A stretch of 34,115 nt of DNA from sequence record SRR16203515_4127; one strand, 5' to 3'. The translations under genes and the position numbers were made by a program. Within the stretch, counting starts at the first letter, position 1, and each line of letters opens with the position of its first letter. Below the pieces are notes generated by a model, which did not search any database, was not told the DNA's origin, and saw only the letters and a program-made list of their open reading frames with translations. Shown in pieces: positions 9,172-18,440 of this stretch.

Positions 9172-9825
9172 TTATCCTTTTTTAATTTTTTCTATATCTT
9201 CAAACTCTATATCTTCTAGACTATCATAATAAAAATTAATAGCTATAAAATGATCTAATTTTTTTATATAATATAAATCATCTGCAATAGATTCTATAGT
9301 TTGAATACTTGCACTTGGTAAAATAGGTGTTGCAACTGAAACAGATTTTGCACCTAAATTAATTGCTGTTTTAATACAAGCCATCATAGTTAGACCTGTA
9401 TTTATACCTTCATCAACAATCAAAACATTTTTGTATTCTAATTGTGAAATTTTATTTCCATCTCTAAATGAATTAACTCTAGTTAAAATCGAATCTTCAT
9501 ATACTTGTTTTGATTTAGTATAGATGTAATCTAAACTAATATCAAAACTTTTTACAAGTTCCTCATGTATCAGAACTTCTTCATGTTCTGTTACAATAGC
9601 AATCTCACATTCATCATTTTGAGGTGCAATGATTTTGTCACTAAACATAATATCAACTTTAGCATCTAAAGAGTTTGCAATGATTTTTGCTATTTCATAA
9701 CCACCATATGAACTTGAAATAACTGTCCAGTTTTCTAGTTTCATTTTGTCAATTGGTAAGATATCTAAAAGCCTATATCCTGCAACCTCTCTATTTTTAA
9801 AATAAATATTATTTTCAGAATTCAT
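9172..9825 (-). CDS. Phosphoribosyltransferase-family protein
   Basis: FKNREVAG N-terminus and PRPP loop VLIVDEGINTGLTM; start overlaps the lptD stop. Confidence 0.85.
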   Translation of the reverse strand: MNSENNIYFKNREVAGYRLLDILPIDKMKLENWTVISSSYGGYEIAKIIANSLDAKVDIMFSDKIIAPQNDECEIAIVTEHEEVLIHEELVKSFDISLDYIYTKSKQVYEDSILTRVNSFRDGNKISQLEYKNVLIVDEGINTGLTMMACIKTAINLGAKSVSVATPILPSASIQTIESIADDLYYIKKLDHFIAINFYYDSLEDIEFEDIEKIKKG

Positions 9826-11921
9826 TATCTACCTTTGACTTTGTAATTCTGTTTTAATCCACCTAATGGTTTTAAGATTAGATTCACATAAATAATATCT
9901 TGATCAGTATTATTTGTATTTGTGCTAGTAGAAGGAATAATTTCTTTTTCAAGTTTAAAATCTAGATTCCAACATATATCATTTATATTAAATGAAAATC
10001 CTTGTTTATTTCTAATATTGTCTAATAAGTTATAGTTTTCATAATAACCAACTTTATAATCTTTACTAATATTATACGTAGTATTAATTCTATAAGATTC
10101 TAAATTTTCCTTATTTGAGTTAGGAGTATCTTTAGACTTATAATAACCAAAATCAACATTTACATCTTTGTATGAATATGTAATATTACTAGTGTTTTCA
10201 ATAAATTGTTTATCTTGAACATTGTAAATTACTTTATTAGAAATTGTTCCATTACTGTAGTTATATTTAATATAGTTTTCTAAATCATGTAATTCTGGGT
10301 TGTCATTTTTATCATATAGTATTGTCTGTGATACCTTATGATTAATAATTTGACTTAAATCTTCTTTTTTATATAGAGACTGGTTAAATGACAATAAAAT
10401 ATTCTTTTTACTTTGAACAAAAGGAAATGAAGCTAAATCAGAATCATTATTTGTTATGTTATATAAATCACCATCCGTAGTGATATTATCAGGATGAGAA
10501 TATTTTGCATTAAAATTAACTGTGTGTAAATATGATTTATATGGTTTTATTAAATCTGTACCCACAGAAACAGAAGAAACATTCTGTACTAAAAGAGCAT
10601 TATTAAACTCTTTAGAAGAATTTGTATATTCATATTTACTTACAATTGTTTTATTTTCTAAATTAAAATACATATAATCATCTAAAAAATATTTAGTATA
10701 ACTAATAGGTAAAGATAATTCATAAATATTTGCATTTAATCCAACAGATCTTGTGTAATTAATAAATTTAGCATCAGCTGAATAAATCAAATTGTCTAGA
10801 AAAAACTCTTTATTATATGAGTGAAACTGTAATTGAGGTAACTCTTGAAGTGTTTCATCATTATTATCTTTTGCTGTATCAATATAATATCTAGCATACA
10901 AACCACCATAATACTTAGGAGTATTATAAAAATAGTTTAATTTAGATTCAATATTTTTTTCACTAGAAGTCTTATTATCTTTATCTTCAATTGTTTTATA
11001 TTCAATATCGTTTAACCAATTAATTGAAGCATATAAACCATCTTGTGTATTATCGTTATTTGCTAAAAGTTTTGTTCTTTCATAGTCAATAGACCAACCA
11101 TAATGTTTTCTATTTTTTAAATTAAATTCTTTTTGATATTCACCTTTTTCTTCAAAAAAACCTGTTTTTAGTTTTAATAAAGAGTACTGAGAATCAGCTA
11201 ATCTAAAATATGTAAATCCACCATATCCTCTATTACTTCTAACTTGAGGAATGATTTCTAAATCATAATTTGCTTCAGGTGCAAAATATATTGGCTGGGC
11301 ATAATAAAAACCATCATTACTGGAATATCCAATTGTAGGAATTAATAATCCGCTTCGCCTTCTTTTATCAGTTGGAAAACCTAAATAAGGACTATAAAAT
11401 ATTGGGATATTTTTAATATAAAGTCTTGGATTATATGCATGCATCCATTTATTCTCAGTATCATATGAAGCTGATGAAACTCTAATACTCCATGTTGGAT
11501 CAATACAATTACAAGATGAAATTATTGAACTTTCTAAATCAATTTCAGTTTTCTCCTTAGTTGATTTTTGTGAATTTGCCCATAAATTACTCTCTTTTTC
11601 AATTAAAAATACAGGAGATTGTTTATAAGTATCTTCTTTCATATCAACAAAAGCATAGTCACTTTGTGTTTGAATACTATTATCTTTAAGTATTAAAACA
11701 TCATCAAATAATTCAAAGGTTTCATTTGTTTTATCATAAATGATTTTTTTTGCTGAGATATAATAACTATTAGAGAAAATTACAACATCACCTAATGCGA
11801 TAACTTTATCGTTTTTAGTATCAATAGATTTTGCAAGTAATTGAAACTTTTCTGTATTCATTTCTTGTGCAAAAGAAAGAGAAGAAGCTATGATTAATGG
11901 AGCAATTATATGTTTAAGCAT
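9825..11921 (-). CDS. lptD: LPS-assembly outer membrane protein LptD
   Basis: Signal peptide, SSCNC..PTW, PIFYSPY...RRSGLLIP motif, beta-barrel-like C-terminus; conserved purD-RDD-lptD-pnp order. Confidence 0.9.
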   Translation of the reverse strand: MLKHIIAPLIIASSLSFAQEMNTEKFQLLAKSIDTKNDKVIALGDVVIFSNSYYISAKKIIYDKTNETFELFDDVLILKDNSIQTQSDYAFVDMKEDTYKQSPVFLIEKESNLWANSQKSTKEKTEIDLESSIISSCNCIDPTWSIRVSSASYDTENKWMHAYNPRLYIKNIPIFYSPYLGFPTDKRRRSGLLIPTIGYSSNDGFYYAQPIYFAPEANYDLEIIPQVRSNRGYGGFTYFRLADSQYSLLKLKTGFFEEKGEYQKEFNLKNRKHYGWSIDYERTKLLANNDNTQDGLYASINWLNDIEYKTIEDKDNKTSSEKNIESKLNYFYNTPKYYGGLYARYYIDTAKDNNDETLQELPQLQFHSYNKEFFLDNLIYSADAKFINYTRSVGLNANIYELSLPISYTKYFLDDYMYFNLENKTIVSKYEYTNSSKEFNNALLVQNVSSVSVGTDLIKPYKSYLHTVNFNAKYSHPDNITTDGDLYNITNNDSDLASFPFVQSKKNILLSFNQSLYKKEDLSQIINHKVSQTILYDKNDNPELHDLENYIKYNYSNGTISNKVIYNVQDKQFIENTSNITYSYKDVNVDFGYYKSKDTPNSNKENLESYRINTTYNISKDYKVGYYENYNLLDNIRNKQGFSFNINDICWNLDFKLEKEIIPSTSTNTNNTDQDIIYVNLILKPLGGLKQNYKVKGR

Positions 11922-12351
11922 TTACAACCAACGTTTTACCAGTGATATCATGGAATGTCTTTCTTCCATCATTAAAAAATCCAATTAAGAAACCAACATA
12001 GAAGAACATTTCTGAGAAAATTCTTCCACCTGATCTTAAAAAAGAAGAGAACAATGATACTCTATCCCATGAATTTGCGTCAATAACTCTAATCTTTGTA
12101 ATAATTTTCCCTACCGTTGCACCATAGTACCAAACAAAAAAAGTTTGATACACAACTTTTAAGATAATTAAAGGCATAACTAAATCTACTTTAACCAAGT
12201 ACATCATAGCATCAATATTATCTTGTGCTGCAACAATATTTTCCCAAAAAATCACTAAAACTATAAATGTTACAAGTAAGTCATCAATGACAAAAGCAAA
12301 AGCTCTTGATCTCATTGATGCTAATTGTAAATCTTCATTGTTATTTTGCAT
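11914..12351 (-). CDS. RDD family membrane protein
   Basis: LAS..SRAFAFVID, GATVGK, FHD..GKTLVV motifs; hydrophobic segments. Confidence 0.9.
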   Translation of the reverse strand: MQNNNEDLQLASMRSRAFAFVIDDLLVTFIVLVIFWENIVAAQDNIDAMMYLVKVDLVMPLIILKVVYQTFFVWYYGATVGKIITKIRVIDANSWDRVSLFSSFLRSGGRIFSEMFFYVGFLIGFFNDGRKTFHDITGKTLVVNA

Positions 12352-12355
12352 ATAC

Positions 12356-13621
12356 CTACTTTAAAGCTTGGTATGCAATATCAGATCTGCATTTCTTACC
12401 AGCAAAATGAACTTGTCCACATAATTCGTAAGCTCTATCTCTAGCTTCCTTAATAGAAGGTCCAAATCCAACACAAACTAATACTCTACCACCAGTAGCC
12501 ATTAATTTTCCATCTTCAGTAGCAACACCTGCATAAGAAATATGAGAATTAGCTGCTAAATCTTCATCAACAATTTCATCTACTATTATCTCAGCAGGTT
12601 TAGATGATGAATAAGGATAGTTTTCACTTGCAATTACAACACCAACACCAAACTCTTTTTTGATTTTAATATCTAATTTATCAAGTTGTCTTGTAGCACC
12701 TTTATAGAATAATTCAGAAACCGGAGTTTCTAATAAAGGCATTAAAATTTCACATTCTGGATCACCAAATCTAACATTATATTCTAAAATAATTGGCTCA
12801 CCATTTACAACCATAACTCCAATGAATAATACACCTTCAAAAGGAGCACCTTCTTGTTTCATTCCCTCAAGAGTTGGTTTAATCACTCTCTCTTCTACTT
12901 TTTTGTAAATTTCTTCATTTACTAAAGGTGTTGGAGCATATGCACCCATACCACCAGTATTAGGTCCTGTATCACCATCACCTATTCTTTTATGATCTTG
13001 TGCTGCTGGAAGAACTTTGTAGTTTTCACCATCACAAATAGCAAAAATAGATAATTCATAACCATCTAAAAATTCTTCAACTACAATTGATGTTCCTGCA
13101 TCACCAAAAGATTCTCCTGATAACATATCAGAAGCAGCTTCTTTAGCTTCATCTTTTGATTGAGCAATAATAACACCTTTACCAGCACATAAACCATCTG
13201 CTTTTACAACAATTGGAAGATTCATAGTATCAATGAAATCATGAGCTTCTTTTTCATTTGTTGTTTCTATAAACGCTGCTGTTGGTATGTTGTATTTTTT
13301 AAGAATATTTTTCATATAAACTTTTGAACCTTCAAGTTGAGCCGCTGCTGCACTTGGTCCGAAAATTGTTAAATCATTCTCTTTAAATATATCAACAACA
13401 CCATCTACTAATGGAGCTTCTGGTCCTACAATTGTTAAATCAACAGAATTATCTTTTGCCCATTGTGCTAATTCGTTATAATCTTTAATATTTATGTTTT
13501 CACCTAATTCTGAAGTCGCACCATTTCCTGGCATGAAAAATAAGTTATGAGCATTTTCTTTATATATTGCTAATCCAATAGAGTATTCTCTACCGCCACT
13601 TCCTAGTATCAATATATTCAC
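12356..13621 (-). CDS. purD: Phosphoribosylamine--glycine ligase
   Basis: [50 protein letters not shown] start with AAGGA RBS. Confidence 0.98.
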   Translation of the reverse strand: MNILILGSGGREYSIGLAIYKENAHNLFFMPGNGATSELGENINIKDYNELAQWAKDNSVDLTIVGPEAPLVDGVVDIFKENDLTIFGPSAAAAQLEGSKVYMKNILKKYNIPTAAFIETTNEKEAHDFIDTMNLPIVVKADGLCAGKGVIIAQSKDEAKEAASDMLSGESFGDAGTSIVVEEFLDGYELSIFAICDGENYKVLPAAQDHKRIGDGDTGPNTGGMGAYAPTPLVNEEIYKKVEERVIKPTLEGMKQEGAPFEGVLFIGVMVVNGEPIILEYNVRFGDPECEILMPLLETPVSELFYKGATRQLDKLDIKIKKEFGVGVVIASENYPYSSSKPAEIIVDEIVDEDLAANSHISYAGVATEDGKLMATGGRVLVCVGFGPSIKEARDRAYELCGQVHFAGKKCRSDIAYQALK

Positions 13622-13660
13622 GATAATTCCTTGTATTATAATAGTTTTTTTATGTTTGAG

Positions 13661-13831
13661 TTACCCAAGTAGCCGTTAACCATCAAATGGCCCACAAAAG
13701 CCAACGACTGCACGTAAGAGAGGTATTTAAGGAGTAAGAACGCAATGAATTACTGCACACCATACCACTACAATTACACACAAAAATATAGTATCGGACC
13801 CTCAACAATGGTAATCCCGTACTACTTAGAT
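13661..13831 (-). ncRNA. ssrS: 6S RNA (the Campylobacterota purD RNA motif)
   Basis: About 170-nt GC-richer intergenic block upstream of purD. On the minus strand, 5' AUCUAAGUAGU pairs with 3' GCUACUUGGGU; inner ACCAUU/GAUGGU and GGUCC/GGGCC pairs give a long rod. G:U pairs work only on the minus strand. TACAAT -10 box lies just upstream. The purD-adjacent 6S locus is established in Helicobacter/Campylobacter. Confidence 0.82.
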
Positions 13832-13837
13832 ATCAAT

Positions 13838-13843
13838 ATTGTA
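13838..13843 (-). promoter_or_regulatory. Sigma70 -10 box for the 6S RNA
   Basis: TACAAT on the minus strand, 6 nt before the predicted RNA 5' end. Confidence 0.6.
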
Positions 13844-13865
13844 GCTAATTATGTTAAATCTGAGT

Positions 13866-14501
13866 TTAAATTTGTAATTCTTGTGCAACTTTTATGCACT
13901 CTTCAATGGATGTTTTACTACTAATTTTATATTTTATTTCACTTGGTAAATACTTTGCTGTGGTATTTCCTATGCAAACTGCATAATATGAATCATTCCA
14001 ATCATAGTTTTTAAAAAAACACTGAACGCTTGAAGGGGAAGTAAACACAAAAATTGAGTTATTTTCAAGTTTTTTATCAACTTTCTTACAAGAAGTTTTA
14101 TAGGCAATTAATTCTTCAATATCAACATTATTATTATTTAAAATTTCAGTTAAATCTGAAACAGTTTTAGAAGCTCTAATATATAAAACTTTTTTATCTT
14201 TTAAAAGAGGTATTAACTCTTGTGCAAAATTATCTCCATGGGAACTCACTCCTGTAAAAACCAACTTTCCGTCATGTTTTTCAATTACATTTGCAGTTTT
14301 AGGAGCAATAGCATAAGAATCAATATTTCTCCAATCTTTATTAAATGAATCTATTGAATAGATAGCATTTTTAGAAGTAAAAATTAAAGCATCATATTTA
14401 TTAATATTAATTTTACTTGGTAAATATTCAATTCCAAAAACTTCTAAATTCTCTACTCCATCATATTCCAAATTGTTAAGTAAGTATATTTTTTTAGGCA
14501 T
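13866..14501 (-). CDS. hemD: Uroporphyrinogen-III synthase
   Basis: LIFTSKNA, VFTSPSSV, CIGNTTA motifs of the HemD fold. Confidence 0.88.
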   Translation of the reverse strand: MPKKIYLLNNLEYDGVENLEVFGIEYLPSKININKYDALIFTSKNAIYSIDSFNKDWRNIDSYAIAPKTANVIEKHDGKLVFTGVSSHGDNFAQELIPLLKDKKVLYIRASKTVSDLTEILNNNNVDIEELIAYKTSCKKVDKKLENNSIFVFTSPSSVQCFFKNYDWNDSYYAVCIGNTTAKYLPSEIKYKISSKTSIEECIKVAQELQI

Positions 14502-16065
14502 GTTTTAACTCTATCTCTTGTGTATAATTTATTGCGTCATCCATTTTATGAAAAATTTTAATATTTTCAAAAGTTTTTTTTGTATCAACTTTTAAAATAT
14601 GCCTTTTATGTGCATGTTTTAATACCAAAATTGTTTCAATATTTTTTGAACGCATTTTTTCTATTAAATCTTCAATTGTAAAGATTGCAGATAAATCCAT
14701 AAAGGATACTAATTTGCAATCTAAAATAAGAATTTTATTATCTTTTACTTTCTCTAGTTTACTATCTAATACGGAAGCTGTACCAAAGAATAAAGAACCA
14801 TCAATTTTAATTACTTCAATATGATTATTTTCAATATCAATATCAAATGAAGTTTTACTTCTATGTGTTTTTATTTTTGTATTTCTTGAAACATGATATA
14901 CAGCTAATATAGAAGAAATTGTTATTCCAACACCAACTGCCATAATCAAATCAACGAATATTGTGAGAAGAAATACAGTAATCATAATAAGTAAATCTTG
15001 TCTAGTTACATTTTTTACTATTTTCAAAAATCTGTAATCTAATATATCAAAACCAACTTTAATTAAAATACCCGATAAGACAGCTAATGGTATTTTTGAT
15101 GCTAAAGGAGCCAAAAATAAGACAATTACCAATAAAGTTAAAGAATGTACAACTCCTGATAATTTACTCGTACCTCCAGAATTAATATTTATTACAGTTC
15201 GCATGGTAGCCCCTGCTCCTGGTATTGCACCAAAAAATGAGCAAAGCGAATTTCCAATACCTTGAGCTATTAACTCTTTTTTAGGATCATGTTTAGTTTT
15301 AGTCATAGAATCAGCAACTAATGATGTTAATAATGAATCAATAGATCCAAGTAATGCTAATGTTATAGCTAATGTAATAATGGTATCTAACTTTAATAAA
15401 TCAAAAGAAAAAGGGAAAATAATTTGGGGTAAGCCCATTGGTATTTCACCAATTGTATCAATTTCATATCCCATATAAACAGTAAAATACGTAACGACAA
15501 CTAATGCAATTAATGCAGAAGGTACAATTTTACTTATAAATTTAGGTGTTAAAAACATAATAGCTAATGTAATATATGCGATAATCAAAGAAGTATCATC
15601 TGCTTGTTTCAATGTTTCTAGTAGCTGACTTAAAGTATATATTACAGATCCGTAAGTTTCAACACCTAAAAAAGGATTTATTTGAAGAATAATTATAATA
15701 ACTCCAACTCCACTCATGAAGCCTGAGATTACAGGATAAGGAATATATTTGATCCATTTACCAATCCCAACTATCCCAAAAGAAATTTGGATTAATCCTG
15801 ATAAAAAGATTATTGACATAACAGAAATTAAATCGTTTGGAAAAGCTGCAACAGCTGTTGCAGTTATGACAGTCATAGGACCTGTAGGTCCAGATATTTG
15901 AGTGTGGGTACCCCCAAATAATGAGGCAAAAAAACCTAAAATAATAGCACCATATAAACCTGCAATTGCACCAGCACCACTGGCAACACCAAAAGCAAGA
16001 GCTAGGGGTAATGCAACTACAGCTGCTGTTACCCCTGAAAACACATTATTTTTTATGCTATTCAA
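14494..16065 (-). CDS. SulP/SLC26 anion transporter with STAS domain, BicA-like clade
   Basis: VALPLALAFG, GLYGA, QISGPTGPMTV, GAGATMRT; STAS GSLFFG and FMDLSA. Confidence 0.9.
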   Translation of the reverse strand: MNSIKNNVFSGVTAAVVALPLALAFGVASGAGAIAGLYGAIILGFFASLFGGTHTQISGPTGPMTVITATAVAAFPNDLISVMSIIFLSGLIQISFGIVGIGKWIKYIPYPVISGFMSGVGVIIIILQINPFLGVETYGSVIYTLSQLLETLKQADDTSLIIAYITLAIMFLTPKFISKIVPSALIALVVVTYFTVYMGYEIDTIGEIPMGLPQIIFPFSFDLLKLDTIITLAITLALLGSIDSLLTSLVADSMTKTKHDPKKELIAQGIGNSLCSFFGAIPGAGATMRTVININSGGTSKLSGVVHSLTLLVIVLFLAPLASKIPLAVLSGILIKVGFDILDYRFLKIVKNVTRQDLLIMITVFLLTIFVDLIMAVGVGITISSILAVYHVSRNTKIKTHRSKTSFDIDIENNHIEVIKIDGSLFFGTASVLDSKLEKVKDNKILILDCKLVSFMDLSAIFTIEDLIEKMRSKNIETILVLKHAHKRHILKVDTKKTFENIKIFHKMDDAINYTQEIELKHA

Positions 16066-16079
16066 AATAACTCCTAGGT

Positions 16080-17501
16080 TTAGTTATCCTCGTCTAAATA
16101 TTCCTCATCACCCATTTTATCATTCTTACCTCTAGCAATTAGATGTATTGGTGTTCCTTCAAAATTAAATTTATCTCTTAAGAAGTTAATCAAATATCTC
16201 TTATAAGAGAAGTGAAGTAATCTTGGTTTATTCATAACTAAAGCAATTTTTGGTGGTTTAGTACTGAATTGTGTTGAATAATAAATTCTTAAATAGTTTC
16301 CATTAGGACTTGGTAATGCATGTCTAATTACAGCTTGTTCAATTACTTTATTTAAAGCTGAAGTTGGAATTCTTTGAGTATAATTATCGTGAATTTCGAT
16401 AATCTTCTCTTTTAATCTATCAACAGATCTTCCAGTTTTTGCAGAAATTGCAATAATTGGAGCATAATAAAGAAATCTAAATCTTCTTCTAATTTCTTCC
16501 TCAAGCTTTTTGAAAGTATCCATATTTTCGTCCCATTTATTAAGAACAATAATAGTACCTAAACCATATTCATCTACTAATCCAGCAATTTTTTCATCTA
16601 AATCAGTAAAAGGTTCAGAAGCATCTAATACAACTAAAGCAACATTAGCTTTATCTAACATCTCTTTAGTTCTCATTAATGCGAATTTCTCAATTCCATC
16701 AATTCTACCACGTCTTCTTAATCCAGCTGTATCAACAAATGTAACACTTTTATCAGCATATTCATATGTTTCATCAACTGGATCAATTGTAGTACCTGCA
16801 ATTGGAGAAACAACAGATCTCTCTTTTCCAATAATTGCATTTAATGTAGATGATTTTCCAACATTAACTCTTCCAATAATTCCAACTTTAATTTCATTGT
16901 TATTATCTTCTTCAATCTTTCCATCTTCTAATAAATCATCTAATGAATCATTTTCATTATCAGCTAGTTCAGTTTCAATTTCTGGTTCGATAACTTCTGG
17001 AAGGTGTTTATAAATCCATTCAAATAAGTTTTTTGTTCCTCTATTGTGAGAAACAGAAATACCCATAAGATCTTCATCAGAGATTCCAAATTCAAAGAAT
17101 TCCCATAATCTTTCTAGTTCTTTATCATTATCAATTTTATTTACTACTAAAGCTAATTCTTTACCTAAAGCTTGAAGCTCATAAAATAATTCTTTATCTT
17201 TATCATCTGGTATATTCTTACCATCAACCATAAAAAGTATTATATCAGCTTCTTTTGCAGTCTCAATTGCTTTTCTTTTTACATTTGAAAATATTGCATC
17301 ATTAGTTTCATCAATACCACCAGTATCTAGCATTAATGCTTTTCTATCTAAAACTTCAACTTCATGTCTTCTAATATCTCTTGTTGTTCCTGCTTGTTCA
17401 GAAACAATTGCAATTCTTTTTTGTGCAATTCTATTAAAAAGAGAAGATTTTCCTACATTCGGTTGCCCAATAAGTGCAATTTTCTTTAATTCTTTACTCA
17501 T
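16080..17501 (-). CDS. der: Ribosome biogenesis GTPase Der (EngA)
   Basis: Two G domains (GQPNVGKS/DTGG/NKID and GRVNVGKS/DTAG/NKWD), KH-like C-terminus (YKRYL..FEGTPI). Confidence 0.97.
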   Translation of the reverse strand: MSKELKKIALIGQPNVGKSSLFNRIAQKRIAIVSEQAGTTRDIRRHEVEVLDRKALMLDTGGIDETNDAIFSNVKRKAIETAKEADIILFMVDGKNIPDDKDKELFYELQALGKELALVVNKIDNDKELERLWEFFEFGISDEDLMGISVSHNRGTKNLFEWIYKHLPEVIEPEIETELADNENDSLDDLLEDGKIEEDNNNEIKVGIIGRVNVGKSSTLNAIIGKERSVVSPIAGTTIDPVDETYEYADKSVTFVDTAGLRRRGRIDGIEKFALMRTKEMLDKANVALVVLDASEPFTDLDEKIAGLVDEYGLGTIIVLNKWDENMDTFKKLEEEIRRRFRFLYYAPIIAISAKTGRSVDRLKEKIIEIHDNYTQRIPTSALNKVIEQAVIRHALPSPNGNYLRIYYSTQFSTKPPKIALVMNKPRLLHFSYKRYLINFLRDKFNFEGTPIHLIARGKNDKMGDEEYLDEDN

Positions 17502-17537
17502 AAATTTTTAAAATCCTAATTATAATTGTATAAAATA

Positions 17538-17572
17538 AAAAAGGTATTAGCCATTACAACTAATACCTTTTT
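17538..17572 (-). terminator. Intrinsic terminator after hpf
   Basis: AAAAAGGTATTAG-N9-CTAATACCTTTTT inverted repeat with a U-tract. Confidence 0.75.
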
Positions 17573-17590
17573 CACTAATGAAGATAGGGA

Positions 17591-18133
17591 TTAATATAAT
17601 CCGAAGTTACCTTCATTAGAGCTTTTATAAAGTACTCTCATGTTATCGTCTTTATCATAGAATACTTTAAATTGTGAATCAGAAGCTTTTAATTCTTTTA
17701 ATGCTTCTTCAATATCCATTGGTTTATATGAATTTAATCTTACTGGAGTAATTTCATCTTCAAATTTTTCTAATTCAATAGCAATTTGATCTTCAATTTC
17801 ATTAGCTTCAACTTCAGTAAGTTTAGTAGCTCTATGTCCAGTAATTTTATCATGGTGTCTTCTTAACACTTTAGAAACTCTATCAACAGCAATATCTACA
17901 GCTGAATATAAGTCTTTATCTTTTTGTTTTACAACAATTGTATCTAAATGTGCAACATTTAGAGTAAACTCAAAAGAAAACGCTTTTTTACCGTGTTTTT
18001 CTTCTTGAGAAATAATTGAATTAACAGAAATAATATCTAAATTGTATTTTTTAAAAATCTCTACAGAACTATTAATATAATCTTTAATTGGCTCAGTTAA
18101 ATCTATGTGTCTTCCTACAATACTTGTATTCAT
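17591..18133 (-). CDS. hpf: Ribosome hibernation promoting factor, long form (180 aa)
   Basis: IVGRHIDLT, DLYSAVD..RRHHDK, C-terminal KPMDIEEA...GNFGLY. I moved the start to ATG 18133 because it has an AAGGAG RBS; the ORF-track start 18196 has none. Confidence 0.92.
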   Translation of the reverse strand: MNTSIVGRHIDLTEPIKDYINSSVEIFKKYNLDIISVNSIISQEEKHGKKAFSFEFTLNVAHLDTIVVKQKDKDLYSAVDIAVDRVSKVLRRHHDKITGHRATKLTEVEANEIEDQIAIELEKFEDEITPVRLNSYKPMDIEEALKELKASDSQFKVFYDKDDNMRVLYKSSNEGNFGLY

Positions 18134-18398
18134 AACAAACTCCTTAAATAATAATTTATTTATTCTAACATAAATAAAATAAAATAAACCATACAAAAAA
18201 CTATGCTATTATAATTAAATTGTATTAAACACTAGCTTTAATTAGTTATTGTATTTATAAGTTTGCTTTATGCATGGTTTTAATTGTATTTTTGGGGTTT
18301 TATAATGTAAGAAAGTTTCATATTCTTTAAAAAATAATAGATTTTTTTACTATTACTCTAATAAACTATACATTTTCATAAAAAAAGTAGCTATTTCT

Positions 18399-18429
18399 CA
18401 TTTATTTAAGTTTTAAACTTAAATAAATG
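18399..18429 (-). terminator. Perfect AT-rich inverted repeat downstream of ftsK (terminator-like)
   Basis: CATTTATTTAAGTTT-T-AAACTTAAATAAATG, 15-bp arms, 11 bp past the ftsK stop. Confidence 0.5.
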
Positions 18430-18440
18430 GAAATTAACTA

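Noticed and set aside
13635-13640. TATAAT as a dedicated purD promoter
   Set aside because: The predicted start site would cut into the AAGGA RBS; cannot be supported without TSS data
15902-17013. Plus-strand ORFs 15902-16135 and 16510-17013
   Set aside because: Antisense to the SulP gene and der; Ser/Ile-rich shadow composition
18134-18196. 21-aa N-terminal extension of HPF in the ORF track
   Set aside because: AAGGAG RBS and family homology both begin at ATG 18133
18361-18385. Second dif-like sequence (AAACTATACATTTTCATA) downstream of ftsK
   Set aside because: No symmetric arms around a 6-bp spacer; likely AT-rich coincidence
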